The notes below the pieces were generated by a model that worked only from the letters and a program-made list of their open reading frames with translations, was not told the DNA's origin and did not search any database. From Octopus bimaculoides (lineage: Eukaryota), in assembly GCF_001194135.2 (NCBI RefSeq), contig NC_069004.1, positions 25,919,277-25,983,276 of the forward strand: a stretch of 64,000 nt of DNA, given 5' to 3'. The first letter of the stretch is position 1. Every line of letters starts with the position of its first letter. The translations under genes were made by a program, and so were the position numbers. Positions 11,619-25,322 of this stretch are shown in pieces.

Positions 11619-14600
11619 GTCAGTTCTGTTTTTTTCCTTCCCCCCCATTTTATTCTTTTATTTACATAAATATTGGAACACGAAGTGCTCTTCATGAACA
11701 TAGGTTTGTGAGACAGTTGTGATCTGTAAACATTTTCCAGTAGGAACCAGAAAGAGAAGTATTAATGCGCATGTGCACACTGGATTCGTAATATGGAAAA
11801 GAATAAAAACACAATGCACATGTCAAAATAAAACGGGAGAGAAAAATATGACAAGTTATATGATGGTCTGCATTCCATGTCTGACATTACTGTCATGCAA
11901 ATTTGCAATTGTCTTGTTCATTTTAGGCATTGAACTGTGTCCATACTGGAGCACCACCATGGCTGTTATAATGTGATAAATACCATATTTACTCTTTTAC
12001 TTGTTTCAGTCATTTGACTGCGGCCATGCTGGAGCACCACCTTTAGTCGAGCAAATCGACCCCAAGGCTTATTCTTTGGAAGCCTAGTACTTATTCTATC
12101 GGTCTGTTTTGCCGAACCGCTAAGTTATGGGGGGCATAAACACACCAGCATTGGTTGTCAAGCGATGTTGGAGGGACAAACACAGATACATAAACATATA
12201 CACACATATACATATATATTTATATATACATGATGGGCTTCTTTCAGTTTCTCTCTACCAAACTCACTCACAAGGCTTTGGTCAGCCTGAGGCTATAGTA
12301 GAAGACACTTGCCCAAGATGCCATGCAGTGGGACTGAACCCAGAACCATGTGGTCGAGAAGCAAGCTGCTTACCACAGCCACGCACCTCTATGTTACAAG
12401 TACATTTAGTGTGTTTCATCATATACCTATTGAAAGATATTTTTAAATGGTTTTGTAGGGGAGAATGTAGGATTGTGTGTGCATGAAAATATAATGCTGT
12501 GAGTGTATACTAGAATAAAATATGACCCTCGTAAATGTGTGGCTGTATGGTAAGCAGCTTGCTTCCCAACCGCATGGTTCTGGGTTCAGTCCCACTGCAT
12601 GACACCTTGGGCAAGTGTCTTCTACTATAACCCTCAGGCTGACCAAAGCCTTGTGAGTGGATTTGGTAGACAGAAACTGAAAGAAGCCTAGCATGGACAA
12701 CGGACGCTAAATGATGATGATATATTTATGCGTGTGTCTGTGTTTGTCACCCCCACCCCTACCCTACGCCATTGTTTGATGATCAATGTTAGTGTGTTTA
12801 CATCTCCGTAACTTTGCAGTTTTGCAAAAGAGACCAAGTGAATAAGTTCTAGGCTTACAGAGAATAAGTCCTGAGGTTGATTTGTTTGACTAAAACCCTT
12901 TTAGGCAGTGCTCCAACATGGCCACAATCAAATGACTGAAACAATTAAAAGAATAAAACTACATTATGGCTGTACTATATTGCAATTTTATCTTCTTTAA
13001 GATCAAATGTATAATTTCTCGTATTTCTGGCTGTTTTGTGCTATCCTGGTTGTCTTCCAGGGTGCTGCGCTACTACTATGGTTTTGTTGTCATCTGCTTG
13101 TTGCAAGTAGCTGATAAGGCAGATGAAAGTTTAATATTCCTTTCATCTTTCTTGAAGAATTTTCATGTAGGTAATTAAAAAAATGTTTCTTAAAGGTAAC
13201 ACAGATTTTAAATAATGTAAGCCACATACCAGGTGTAAGTTATGTATGCTGGGAAAGGAGACATAATGCAATGATGTGACCTCTCCACATAACTACTGAC
13301 ATACAGCAAGCAAAAATTAGCAGTTCCTCTCACTGATGAGGTCCAGTAGACTGAAATCACATGTCATGGGAATTCCGGCACCCATAACAGATGAATTTCG
13401 TCTGCTACAATCTGTGTGCTTTTATGCACCAAGCACCTATAGGAGAGGATGTCTCAAGGCTAATGACACAGCATTTGGTGTTCTAACAAGTTATCTATGT
13501 TAAGCTGGATATAATGATTACCTTTTGGCATTAATACTGCTTCCGTTGCTAATTACTAATATGATAATCAATTTATCATAAGTTTGTACTAACAGACTGT
13601 TATATTTCAGCTCATTGTCAATATTTTATTATTAGTAACAGCTTTGTGGAGAACAGACTAACACTCCCCAGCCTACAACACAATGATCTTTCATCCGTAA
13701 TATAGCTGCATCAGAAAATGGGCTATTTTTTTGATACATTTAAAAATAGAAAAAGCATATTTTATGTGCCAACTAATAGGGTAGATCATATTATCCACCC
13801 AACCTGATACTTACTCTATCAATATCTGTTTGTCTTGCTGTTAAGTTATGAGACATAACACTCTGTCATCAGAATGTTACGATCAGTTATTGTAACTCTT
13901 CATTTTTTTTGGACATTATGACAGTTTCAGCTGTCATTTTTTTTTTTTTTGGACATTAAAGACAGTTTCAACAGGTCTTTGTGCTAACTTTATAACTTGG
14001 TTAAGGAATACAAGTTTATGGGATACAACCCCTTCATCCAATTCCATCAAATAAAACACACCATGGGCACAGCTCCATTCTCCTTTGACACCAACCCATC
14101 CGAGACCATCAAAAGTAGTCTTGGGTGCATTTGTATAAAAAAAAAATAGTTGAATTATTTTTTTTTCTTTTCAGCCAACTTAGTAATGAAACGAATGTTT
14201 TTTTTTTTTTAATANNNNNNNNNNNNNNNNNNNNNNNNNNNNNNNNNNNNNNNNNNNNNNNNNNNNNNNNNNNNNNNNNNNNNNNNNNNNNNNNNNNNNN
14301 NNNNNNNNNNNNNNNNNNNNNNNNNNNNNNNNNNNNNNNNNNNNNNNNNNNNNNNNNNNNNNNNNNNNNNNNNNNNNNNNNNNNNNNNNNNNNNNNNNNN
14401 NNNNNNNNNNNNNNNNNNNNNNNNNNNNNNNNNNNNNNNNNNNNNNNNNNNNNNNNNNNNNNNNNNNNNNNNNNNNNNNNNNNNNNNNNNNNNNNNNNNN
14501 NNNNNNNNNNNNNNNNNNNNNNNNNNNNNNNNNNNNNNNNNNNNNNNNNNNNNNNNNNNNNNNNNNNNNNNNNNNNNNNNNNNNNNNNNNNNNNNNNNNN

Positions 14601-17033
14601 NNNNNNNNNNNNNNNNNNNNNNNNNNNNNNNNNNNNNNNNNNNNNNNNNNNNNNNNNNNNNNNNNNNNNNNNNNNNNNNNNNNNNNNNNNNNNNNNNNNN
14701 NNNNNNNNNNNNNNNNNNNNNNNNNNNNNNNNNNNNNNNNNNNNNNNNNNNNNNNNNNNNNNNNNNNNNNNNNNNNNNNNNNNNNNNNNNNNNNNNNNNN
14801 NNNNNNNNNNNNNNNNNNNNNNNNNNNNNNNNNNNNNNNNNNNNNNNNNNNNNNNNNNNNNNNNNNNNNNNNNNNNNNNNNNNNNNNNNNNNNNNNNNNN
14901 NNNNNNNNNNNNNNNNNNNNNNNNNNNNNNNNNNNNNNNNNNNNNNNNNNNNNNNNNNNNNNNNNNNNNNNNNNNNNNNNNNNNNNNNNNNNNNNNNNNN
15001 NNNNNNNNNNNNNNNNNNNNNNNNNNNNNNNNNNNNNNNNNNNNNNNNNNNNNNNNNNNNNNNNNNNNNNNNNNNNNNNNNNNNNNNNNNNNNNNNNNNN
15101 NNNNNNNNNNNNNNNNNNNNNNNNNNNNNNNNNNNNNNNNNNNNNNNNNAGCGTAATTTATTATATAAACAATATATGCGTATAAATTACGATTAAACCG
15201 GATGAAATATGTCACAGGGAATAACATTTTTATGACCGCCCAGCAGTAACTCTATTGAGCTGAATAGACGTCAGTGATTGGTTGAAATTACAGAAATACG
15301 ACAACTTTAACATGGAATAACTTGCGAATTCCTTTTTTTTGTTAAGAAGACTAAGAGTAAAAGATGTTTTATATGACACATTCTACCAGTGTCCCAAGTT
15401 TCAAAGTGTTTCGTTAGTGTTTCGTTAAGAAAATACTGGCGCCCCCGTTTTAAAATAGATCCGGAAATTCTAATGGAAAGTTTTGATTTAGTTTTAATAA
15501 ACAGGAAGTCTATACCAAAGAATGTAGTGCAGTTTAAGGCTGGTTATTTTCAAAGGGATTTAGCTAGTGAGAGCACTGCTGAGTGGTCACTTGACTTGTT
15601 AAAAATAGTCATCACAACAATCTCCTTCATGTTATGCATCACTTGCTTACATTATAATTTGACTTAAAGAATTGGTGTCAAGAAGGACTGGATACCCTTC
15701 TTGATAATCTGAGTGAAAAGCTGGTGCCACATGAAAAGCACCCAGTACACTCTGGGCTGGTTGGTTTTAGGAAGGGCATCCAGCCATAGAAACGAAGCTA
15801 AAACAGTCTATGGAACCTGGTACTGCCCCTGGCCTTGCAGTTTCTTTCAAGCTGACCAATCTATGCTAGTATGGAAAACAAACATTAATTTTTGATGATG
15901 ATAATAATGATAATGAATGCCATGATGTGTCTATTCTAAAAGCCAATGTGTACAATTTATCTGTTAGTTTTTATATTTATCTGCGTCAACATGGATCAGA
16001 GGAAGATATTATTGAGGCAATGTTTTACAGCTGTATGCCCTTCCTGTCACTAACCCTTATCTGTTCTCCAAGTAAGGGACGTTCTTATTTCACACATCAC
16101 AAAGGTATGAAGTGAGCAGGTGATTTGTTGACAGAAGTGACAACAGCTAACCACAAATTTAATCCTTTAGCATTTAGATTATTCTTATTTATTTATTGCC
16201 CACAAGGGGCTATACACAGGGGGGGGACAAACAAGCACAGACAAATGGATTAAGTCGATTACATCGACCCTAGTGCATAACTGGTACTTAATTTCTCGAC
16301 CCCGAAAGGATGAAAGGCAAAGTCGACCTCGGCGGTATTTGAACTCAGAACGTAACGGCAGACGAAATAATGCTAAGCATTTCACCCGGCGTGCTAACGT
16401 TTCTGCCAACTCACCTCCTTTAGCATTTAGATTATTCTATCAAATGCAATGCTTGTTTCTTCACAATGTTTTAAATTAGTCATGCATTATCTTGTGTTAG
16501 GAAGGGCATCCAGCTTTAGCCTTGAGATAATGAAGACAGAACTGTTAGTTTTTTAAACTTTTAGTTAGCAAAGTTTAGAAACATACAACTGGAAGTAAAT
16601 TGCCACAACCGTATCAGAAAATTTGGATAATGGTTTAAGGATAATGGTGACATGCTTTGCAGCTCTGTGTTTTCAGACTCAATCCCACTGCATGGCACCT
16701 TGGGCAAATGTCTCCTGCTATAGACCCTGACTGACCAATATTTTTGCGAGTGAATTCATTGGTTTGTGGCTGTAGTAGAAGACACTCACCCAAAGGTGGC
16801 ATGCAGTGGGATTGAACCTGATATCATACGGTTAAGAAGCAAACTTCTTAGCACACAGCCATGCCTATGCATATAAACATAGTGGCCTACCATGGCAAGA
16901 ATTGAACCTAGGCTGCCTGGGTGAGAGCTAGCAATCTTGGCTTTTGTCCCGTTACCTAACCTTTTATTTACATTTCTTTGAAAAACATTTTTTTTTTCAA
17001 TTGCTCTCTAAGTTGTTGTTGTTGTCGTTGTAG

Positions 17034-17238
17034 GCAATGGTCGAATCAATGAAGCCAGGTTCGGTCGTCGTTGATTTAGCTGCGGAAGCTGGCGGAAACA
17101 TAGAAACAACCAAACCAGGAGAGTTGTACAGGTATCACGATGTCACCCACGTTGGTTACACGGATCTACCCAGCAGACTGTCAACACAAGCCAGTACCCT
17201 CTACTCTAACAACATCACCAAACTCTTGTTCTCTTTTG
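17034..17238 (+). CDS. NNT: NNT exon (domain I C-terminal part)
   Basis: [32 protein letters not shown]...[25 protein letters not shown]; tag|gca...g|gtaagt; phases 0/1. Confidence 0.96.
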
Positions 17239-17635
17239 GTAAGTGACATCACTGTGCTACTCCTGCTTAGGATTTTGAGCATCATTAGGAACACCATTAA
17301 AACAGTCAGCCTACAAAATCATTAGCATGCTGGGCAAAATGATTAGTGGTGTTCCTTATCGCTTTACGTATCGCTTTTGTTTGGAATTAAATTTTAGAAA
17401 TAATGAAAAATTAAGTAAAATAACTTTGTCATGATTGGGTTTAGAATATAAATTATGAAATTTTGATAGAAAGTCTTAATTTGAATCACATTAAACCAAA
17501 AGGTTTGTATCATAAAACTGAGATGGTTTTATGCCGGTTGTGAGTTATTAATTAGTTTAATATTTTAACCAGTTATCATCTTAAGGTAATTATGAAAACT
17601 CTTAAAAACCTTTTTCCAACTTTGTAATTCACCAG

Positions 17636-17703
17636 GTGAGAAGGACCATTATCACCTAGACATGGCAGATGAAGTAATCAGGGGTTCCATTATTTTAAAT
17701 AAG
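17636..17703 (+). CDS. NNT: NNT small exon
   Basis: GEKDHYHLDMADEVIRGSIILNK; ccag|gt...aag|gtaagt; phases 1/0. Confidence 0.93.
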
Positions 17704-19707
17704 GTAAGTGTCTTTATGTTCACATATAGTTTTGGATTCAGTCCCACTGTGTGGCACCTTGTGGTATGTGTGTATATAAGTGGGTGTCGAGGCGCAATGG
17801 TCCAGTGGTTAGGGCAGCGGACTCGCGGTCATAGGATCGCGGTTTCAATTCCCAGACCGGGCGTTGTGAGTGTTTATTGAGCGAAAACACCTAAAGCTCC
17901 ACGAGGCTCCGGCAGGGGCTGGTGGCGAACCCTGCTGTACTCTTTCACCACAACTTTCTCTCATTCTTACTTCCTGTTTCTGTTGTGCCTGTAATTCAAA
18001 GGGTCAGCCTTGTCACACTGTGTCACGCTGAATTTCTCCGAGAACTACGTTAAGGGTACATGTGTCTGTGGAGTGCTCAGCCACATGAATGTTAATTTCA
18101 CAAGCAGGCTCTTCCGTTGATCGGATCAACTGGAACCCGCGACGGAGTGCCAACAAAATATGAGTGGGCGTATGTTTCTGTCTCTTTTGATATTGTTTGT
18201 TGTAACTGAATGCCATTCATTTCCAATATTTTGCAAAACATATCTGGTCATAGGGGAGTATTACCTTGATTGGAAAGAGGTGAGGGTTCATGACAGAAAG
18301 GGGATCTGCCGATAGTAAATCTGCCTCGATAAACTCTTTCCAACCCATGCAAGCATGCACAAGTCGACGTTAACCCTTTTGATTGGTCCATCAAATGTAT
18401 TATCAGTTTTGTAAATAACAAATATATATTTATGAATGTGATCGTTGCCAGTGCCCCTGGACTGGCTCTTGTGCGGGTGGCACATAAAATACACCATTTT
18501 GAGCGTGGCTGTTGCCAGTACCGCCTGACTGGCCTTCGTGCCGGTGTCACGTAAAAGCACCCACTACGCTCTCTGAGCGGTTGGCGTTAGGAAGGGCATC
18601 CAGCTGTAGAAACTCTGCCAAATCAGATTGGAGCCTGGTTTAACCATCTGGTTTCACCAGTCCTCAGTCAAATCGTCCAACCCATGCTAGCATGGAAAGC
18701 AGACGTTAAACGATGATGAATCTCGCTCAAATAAATGTTTGCTTTAGGAAGGACATCCAGCCAAAAAACCATGCCAAAGCAGGCATTGGATCTCAATGCA
18801 GTCCTTGAATGCATCAGAACCTGTCAATATACACAATAGGCTTCTTTCAGTTTCTGTCTGAAAATTGTAGTTGTGGCATATGCCAGTACTGCTTGACTGG
18901 CACCCGTGCTAGTGGTATGTAATAAGCACCATTCAAACATGGGCCGATGCCAGTGTTGCCTGACTAGCTTCCAATGCTGAAGGCATGTATGAAAAAAAAA
19001 AAACCATCTAAATGTGGCTGATACCAGTCCTCTCTGACTGGCTCCTGTGTTGGTGGCACATAAACACACCATCTGAACGTGGTCGATGCCAGTGCTGCTT
19101 GAGTGGCTCCCATGACGGTGGCACATAAACAGCATCGACTACACTCTCAGAGTGGTTGGCATTAGAAAAGACATCCAGCCGTAGAAACCTTGCCAGATCA
19201 GATTGGAACCTGGTGCAGCCTTCTGGCTTGCCAGTCCACAGTCAGACCATCCAGCCCATGCCAGAATGGAAAACAGACCAAATTCACTCAGAATGATTTG
19301 GTCATTCCAAAGCTATAGTAGAAAACACTTGCTCAAAGTGCTATTCAGTGGGACTGAACCTGGGACAATGTGGCTGGGAAGCCAGCTTCTTACCACACAG
19401 GCCACAGAACTGTAACATATCTTGTTATACTTAGTGACTGACCAGTTATTTTGTGGGAATCAGAATAGCATAAAACTAATTTGAAAAGGCACCAGTACCA
19501 AGTAATTGCAATCTGTCATGTGGATGATAATCAGCTCTGTGGCCATACTGGGGCATGGCCAAAGAGCTGATTGGGTGTAATTGAATAAAAGGCTATATTA
19601 TTAGTGGCTGAAAAACCAATTCAGCTCAGCTATGACTTTCCTTTTGTTTTCGTTACTTGCCAAAATCTGTGAGAAATTTTCAGCTTTTTTTTTTTTTTTA
19701 CCCCCAG

Positions 19708-19873
19708 GGTGAACTGATGTGGCCTCCGCCACCCCCACCTGCTCCTGCTGCTGCAGCTCCAACTGCAGCTGCTGCAGAAAAACCTGCAGCTGTCGAACCC
19801 GCTCCTCCAAACTATTTCAACAACACACTGAAGGATGCCTTCATGTACACTGCAGGACTCAGCTCCATCATCG
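19708..19873 (+). CDS. NNT: NNT exon: Pro/Ala-rich dI-dII linker and start of the membrane domain
   Basis: GELMWPPPPPPAPAAAAPTAAAAEKPAAVEPAPPNYFNNTLKDAFMYTAGLSSII; ccag|ggt...g|gtatgt; phases 0/1. Confidence 0.93.
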
Positions 19874-21099
19874 GTATGTCGAAGCGTCTCTCCTCACTCT
19901 TGTAGTTCTTTGGATATGATTACATACGATATGTGTGTCCTTCTCCTCCTTACTTTCCATTCTGGCTGGTTTTTCCCCTCTCATCTCTCCATCATAACTC
20001 TCTCTCTCTCTCTCTCTCTACTCACCTCTTTGTGTATCCGGCTATCTTTCGATTTGATGTGAGGAAATGTTAATTGAATAGCACATGGGTTTTCTTTACA
20101 TCTAATCGGCCTTCCGCCTTGAACCCTAATCCTAACCCTAACCAGATGTAAACAAAACCCATGTGCTTTTCACTTGACATTGTCCAACCCATGCTAGCAT
20201 GGAAGGCGGACGTTAAACGATTATGATTTCCTCACATCAAATCGAAAGATAGCCGTGTGTCTTTTCCTTCCAGTGTCTCCATCATAGCTATGACTCTCAC
20301 CATGCATCTTTCCATTTCTAGCTGTTACTACTCTCATTTCTCTGTCTTAACTGCTGTTATTTACTCACAAACAGTCACACTATTTCATAATTGATTTTTA
20401 CTGCAAAAAAAAAATAAAATAAAAACTGGAATGGACTTATTCATGGGGCAGAGCTAAAACTAAGAAGGGAAAAAATTTGTACCAAGACTTAACACAAAAT
20501 AATGAGTGTGACTTGAGTAAACTTGTGTAAATACGACAGGTCTTTCTCCCACCTTTCTTTCATAGCTATCTTTCTCTTCTCACTTTCCATCATAGCTATG
20601 TACCTCTCCCCTTCCACCTCTATATCACAGCTATTTCCCTTTCTGCTCTCCTGCATAGCTATCTTTCTTTCTCTCTCATCTCAGCTATACGGCTTTTTAA
20701 TGTTTTCACTGTCCATTTTTTCTTGTCTTGGTTTGTGTTTGCTACCTTGGAATTCTCTGTTTAGTGGGTTGATCCACTACTCAGGAAGAAACTATTCTAA
20801 GAGTGCATCCTGCCTCATCTTCGAAACGCCTAGTTTAGAATAGAGGCAGCTGATGAAGAATTAATCCAAGTGGCTATTTGTTTTTCTATGTGTTCATTCC
20901 GTTGTCTGTAGTTCATTTTTCTAACGTCCTGTACCCGAATATGCATCTATATACACATGTAAATGTAAGTATGTACGTATATGTGTGTATACATGCTTAT
21001 ATATCCATTGTATTATTATATCTCTCTCTCACCTCAGCTATCTCTCTCTCTCTCTCTCACCTTTCATCATAGCTATGTCTCTTTCTCTTCCACTTCTCC

Positions 21100-21401
<302 letters not shown>

Positions 21402-21516
21402 CATCACAGCTATACCTCTCTCCAGTGACCACACTAAGATTTGAAATCTCAACTTCACAATCACTAGCCCAGCTGTTTGCTTCTAATACCTAAAAATTCT
21501 TTCCTCTTCTTTACAG

Positions 21517-21588
21517 GTCTTGGTATTGCCTCACCAAACCCAGCTTTCACTACAATGGTCACAACATTTGGTTTGTCTGGTATTGTTG
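21517..21588 (+). CDS. NNT: NNT exon (TM region)
   Basis: GLGIASPNPAFTTMVTTFGLSGIV; acag|gt...g|gtacgt; phases 1/1. Confidence 0.93.
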
Positions 21589-23689
21589 GTACGTACAGAA
21601 GGAGGCCTTTCTTTTTCTTCCTTTTTTATACTCTTTTACTCTTTTACTTGTTTCAGTCATTTTGACTTTGGCCGTGCTAGAGCACCGCCTTTAGTTGAAC
21701 GGATCGACCCTCAGCACTTATTGTTTGTAGGCCTAGTACTTTATCAGTCTCTTTTGCTGAAATGCTAAGTTACAGGGATGTAAACATACCAACATCGGTT
21801 GTCAAGCGATAGTGAGGGGACAGACATAGACACACAAATGCATATATATATATGTGATGGGCTTCTTTCAGTTTCCGTCTACCAATCCACTCAAGGCTGT
21901 GGCCATGCTGGGGCACTGCCTTGAAGTGTTTAGTTGAGCAAATCAACCCCAGGTTAAATTCATCATCATCATCGTCGTTTAACGTCCGCTTTCCATGCTA
22001 GCATGGGTTGGACAATTTGACTGAGGGCTGGTAAAACCAGATGGCTACACCAGGCTCCAATCTGATTTGGCAGAGTTTCTACAGCTGGATGCCCTTCCTA
22101 AACGCCAACCACTCAGAGAGTGTAGTGGGTGCTTTTACGTGACACCGGCACGAAGGCCAGTCAGACGGTACTGGCAACGGCCACGCTCAAAATGGTGTAT
22201 TTTATGTGCCACCTACACAAGAGCCAGTCCAGGGGCACTGGCAACGATCTCGCTCGAAAGTCCTTACACATGTCGCAGGCACAAGTGCCAGAAAGGTGAT
22301 GCTGGGCACAGGTGCCATCACAATTTCGCTTTATATATATATATATATATGTTGCCTTTTTTAATGCATCAGCACCTCCCAATGTATATCTATTTCAAAA
22401 ATAGGCCAGGATGTGATTTGAGGAAGATTTTCCTGTTATTTCTAGCATGCTCCCTCATCAATGCAGTGTTTGTGTGTGTGATATGGTTTGATCAATATTT
22501 TTGAGCTCAAATATGATAACATCCAAAACTCAAGCTGTCAGGTCACTAAATAGTGATGTATCTTATCATGTTGACCCTTGACAGGTACTTGTTCTCTTTT
22601 TCTATCTATAACTGTGTTCTTGATATTTTATTGTATGTGTGCACATGTTTTTGTGTATGTCTTTGCAAGTTGCTGTATGTGTGTCTTTGTGTGCCTGAAA
22701 GTTTGCGTATGAGAAAGACTTTGAATTTGTGTATGTACTTGTGGGAATTGAATTGGGAGTTTGTGTGTGTTTATTTCTGTATATCTGTCAGTTTGTATGT
22801 ATGTGTGTCTGTATATCTCTTGTGGAATTTATGTGTGAGCTTAAACTTGTGCATATGTGACCTTATTGTTGATGTGTCTGTGTGAGCATATTTGAATAGT
22901 GTGTGAGTGAGAGAGAGCAAGCAGGTGTGTATATGTGTGTGTGTGTGTGTGTTTTATTTAGAGGTTATCATTTGTGTTTATATGTCATGACTTCACAAAC
23001 CCTGACTAAGGCATCTATGTATTAACTTTCTGTGTTTAAATATGAGATTTATGTCTAAAAATAGGTTGTTATCTTTATTTGAGGACTTCCTTAGACTGTC
23101 GGGTGATCACCTACCTTGGTATTGAAGTCTTTTAACAGGAATGAAACATCCTCATTTAGCCATGAAGAAGGGAGCTGGCATAGCCATTAGCACATCAGGC
23201 AAAATGCCCAGTTGCATTTCTACCTTAACAAATTCCCATTCAAGCATGGTCAAGTAGATGTTGATGATGAGGATGACGAATGAATGAATTTGAGAGAATG
23301 AAATTGATTGAACAGATTGGATTCATTAATAAACTGGACAACCAGAAGTTAGCAAGCTTAGAAGGAATATTGTTCTCACTTTTAAGAATTCCCAACCAAA
23401 TGGAGAAAACGAAATTGTTTTCCTGCCAAATTCCATGTGATGAATCTAATTTTCCTTAAATCAGTGCTTCACAAACTTTAACTATTGTCCCTTTTGTTTT
23501 CCCAACACTTTTTTAATGCTCTCTTGCATGGGTTGGACGGTTTGACAAGAGCTGGGAAGCTGCACTAGGTTCCAGTATGAATTAGCTTGGTTTCTATGGC
23601 TGGATGCCCTTCCTAGTGCCAACCACTTTACAGTGTGTTGTTTGTTCCTTCTCAAGCCATTCCTTTCATCATTAACATCATCATCATCA

Positions 23690-23905
23690 TCGTGTTGGGG
23701 AACAGATGATAGTCAGATGGGACCAAACAATAACAGCAACTATGTCATCATCACTGCGATACCAGTTCTCAGCCAAGTGTTTCTACATGTTGAGGAACAT
23801 CTGGGGCCAAATCAGGAGAATAGGGAGGGTGATCAACCAGTTCAAAGCCACAGCCATGCACAGCAGCCATTGAAAGCAACAACTTGTCCTGATGAAACAC
23901 CACCT
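23690..23905 (-). mobile_element. Mariner transposase relic
   Basis: Minus strand reads FHQD...MAAVHGCGFELVDHPPYSPDLAP...NM*KHLAENWYRSDDD, containing the mariner HPPYSPDLAP(SDY) motif; the SDY codons are displaced downstream. Confidence 0.85.
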
Positions 23906-23986
23906 TTTTCATTACTGGTTACTTTTGAAGTCTTCTTTGAAGAATCAGATGTCAGTTAACCTGAAAAGAAACAATGCATTTATTAA

Positions 23987-24206
23987 CCCTTTCGTTACCG
24001 TATTTATTTTGAGATGCTCTGTGTTTCTTTGAATTACTTTAAATATAACAAAGAATTTAGTAAAATAACTGAGTTATCATTAAACTAGTGTTAGGAACAT
24101 TAAATTGTGACTAAGGTTTGGTGGAAGATTTTAATTCAAAACTTATAAAAACAAGACATTTGTACTCGAGCCAGAGCCGGTTTCAGCCGGGTTGATAACG
24201 AAAGGG
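23987..24206. mobile_element. piggyBac-type MITE (similar TTAA-CCC...GGG-TTAA elements near 25594-25962, 36150-36270 and 56857-57150)
   Basis: TTAA at 23983-23986 and 24207-24210; TIR ccctttcgttac / ataacgaaaggg. Confidence 0.85.
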
Positions 24207-24340
24207 TTAAGAAGAAGAGTTGGAATTAATGCATGCAAAATTTCACAGCTCTAGCATCACTCCTTTATAGTCAGCTTATGGACTTTTCAGCCTACCCTTG
24301 TAATTAAGTTTCTTCGTTAATAATTGTCTTAATACTTCTT

Positions 24341-24488
24341 GGCGAGCTGGCAGAATCATTAGCATCCTGGGCGAAATGCTTAGCGGTATTTCGTTTGTCT
24401 TTACGTTCTGAGTTCAAATTCCGCCGAGGTTGACTTTGCCTTTCATCCTTTCGGGGTCGATAAATTAAGTATCAGTTGCGTACTGGGG
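24341..24488 (+). mobile_element. tRNA-derived SINE, family C (copies e.g. 1480-1600, 8130-8640, 16178-16415 -, 33125-33290, 34760-35420 - cluster, 50950-51240 -, 62420-62580 -)
   Basis: Recurrent ggcgagctggcagaatcgttagc...gttctgagttcaaattccgccgaggtcgactttgcctttcatcctttcggggtcgataaattaagtaccag. Confidence 0.88.
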
Positions 24489-25108
24489 NNNNNNNNNNNN
24501 NNNNNNNNNNNNNNNNNNNNNNNNNNNNNNNNNNNNNNNNNNNNNNNNNNNNNNNNNNNNNNNNNNNNNNNNNNNNNNNNNNNNNNNNNNNNNNNNNNNN
24601 NNNNNNNNNNNNNNNNNNNNNNNNNNNNNNNNNNNNNNNNNNNNNNNNNNNNNNNNNNNNNNNNNNNNNNNNNNNNNNNNNNNNNNNNNNNNNNNNNNNN
24701 NNNNNNNNNNNNNNNNNNNNNNNNNNNNNNNNNNNNNNNNNNNNNAATCTGATTTGGCAGAGTTTCTACAGCTGGATGCCCTTCCTAACGCCAACCACTC
24801 CGAGAGTGTAGTGGGTGCTTTTACGTGTCACTCGCACGAAGGCCAGTCAGGCGGTACTGGCAACGGCCACGCTCAAAATGGTGTATTTTACGTGCTACCG
24901 GCACAAGTGCCAGGAAGGCGACGCTGGGCACAGGTGCCATCACAATTTCGTTTTTGCTTGCCCCAACAGGTCTTCGCAAGCCGGGTTTCGTGTCCAATGA
25001 AGGAGACAACGTTGGCATGGGTGCCAGTCGTCGAATTTAGTTCGATTTCGATTTCACTTGCCTCAACAGGTCTTCGCAAGCGGAGTTGTGACTCCATCAA
25101 TTCCTTGG

Positions 25109-25148
25109 GATATCTGAAGAAGGAATTTTCATTCCGAGATATCATATC
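25109..25148 (+). ncRNA. Minimal type I hammerhead ribozyme fold with one core substitution
   Basis: gatat-CTGAAGA-A-GGAAT tttc ATTCC-GAGA-TATC-atatc: perfect stems I and II, palindromic ATAT in place of stem III. Confidence 0.65.
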
Positions 25149-25322
25149 AGACTGGGGACGATTAAATTACACCAGTTCTTATTGTTCGTTGTTTGTATTA
25201 CAGTGCATTGTTGTGTCATTCAAAACATTTTATTCTTTACAAACAATATACAATGCTTCAAGTCAACTACAACACTCTCCTTTCTCTATTTTAATGCGTT
25301 TTTGTCCTCTTCTCCATTCCAG

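Noticed and set aside
14109-15227. Long ORFs in the track made of X residues (also at about 24.5, 30, 34.6, 36.8, 41.8, 46.9, 54.4 and 61.5 kb)
   Set aside because: They run through N-gaps and are not real reading frames.
19708-19810. Poly-Pro/Ala run in NNT as a novel insertion
   Set aside because: It falls in the dI-dII linker, which is variable and of similar length in other animal NNTs.
20810-20880. CTGATGA motifs at 20850 (+), about 48565 (-), about 63268 (-) and 62324 (+) as further hammerheads
   Set aside because: They lack a correctly placed GAAA or a convincing stem set; at 20822 GAAACGCC lies upstream in an order that gives no valid permutation. They could be very decayed relatives but are not supportable.
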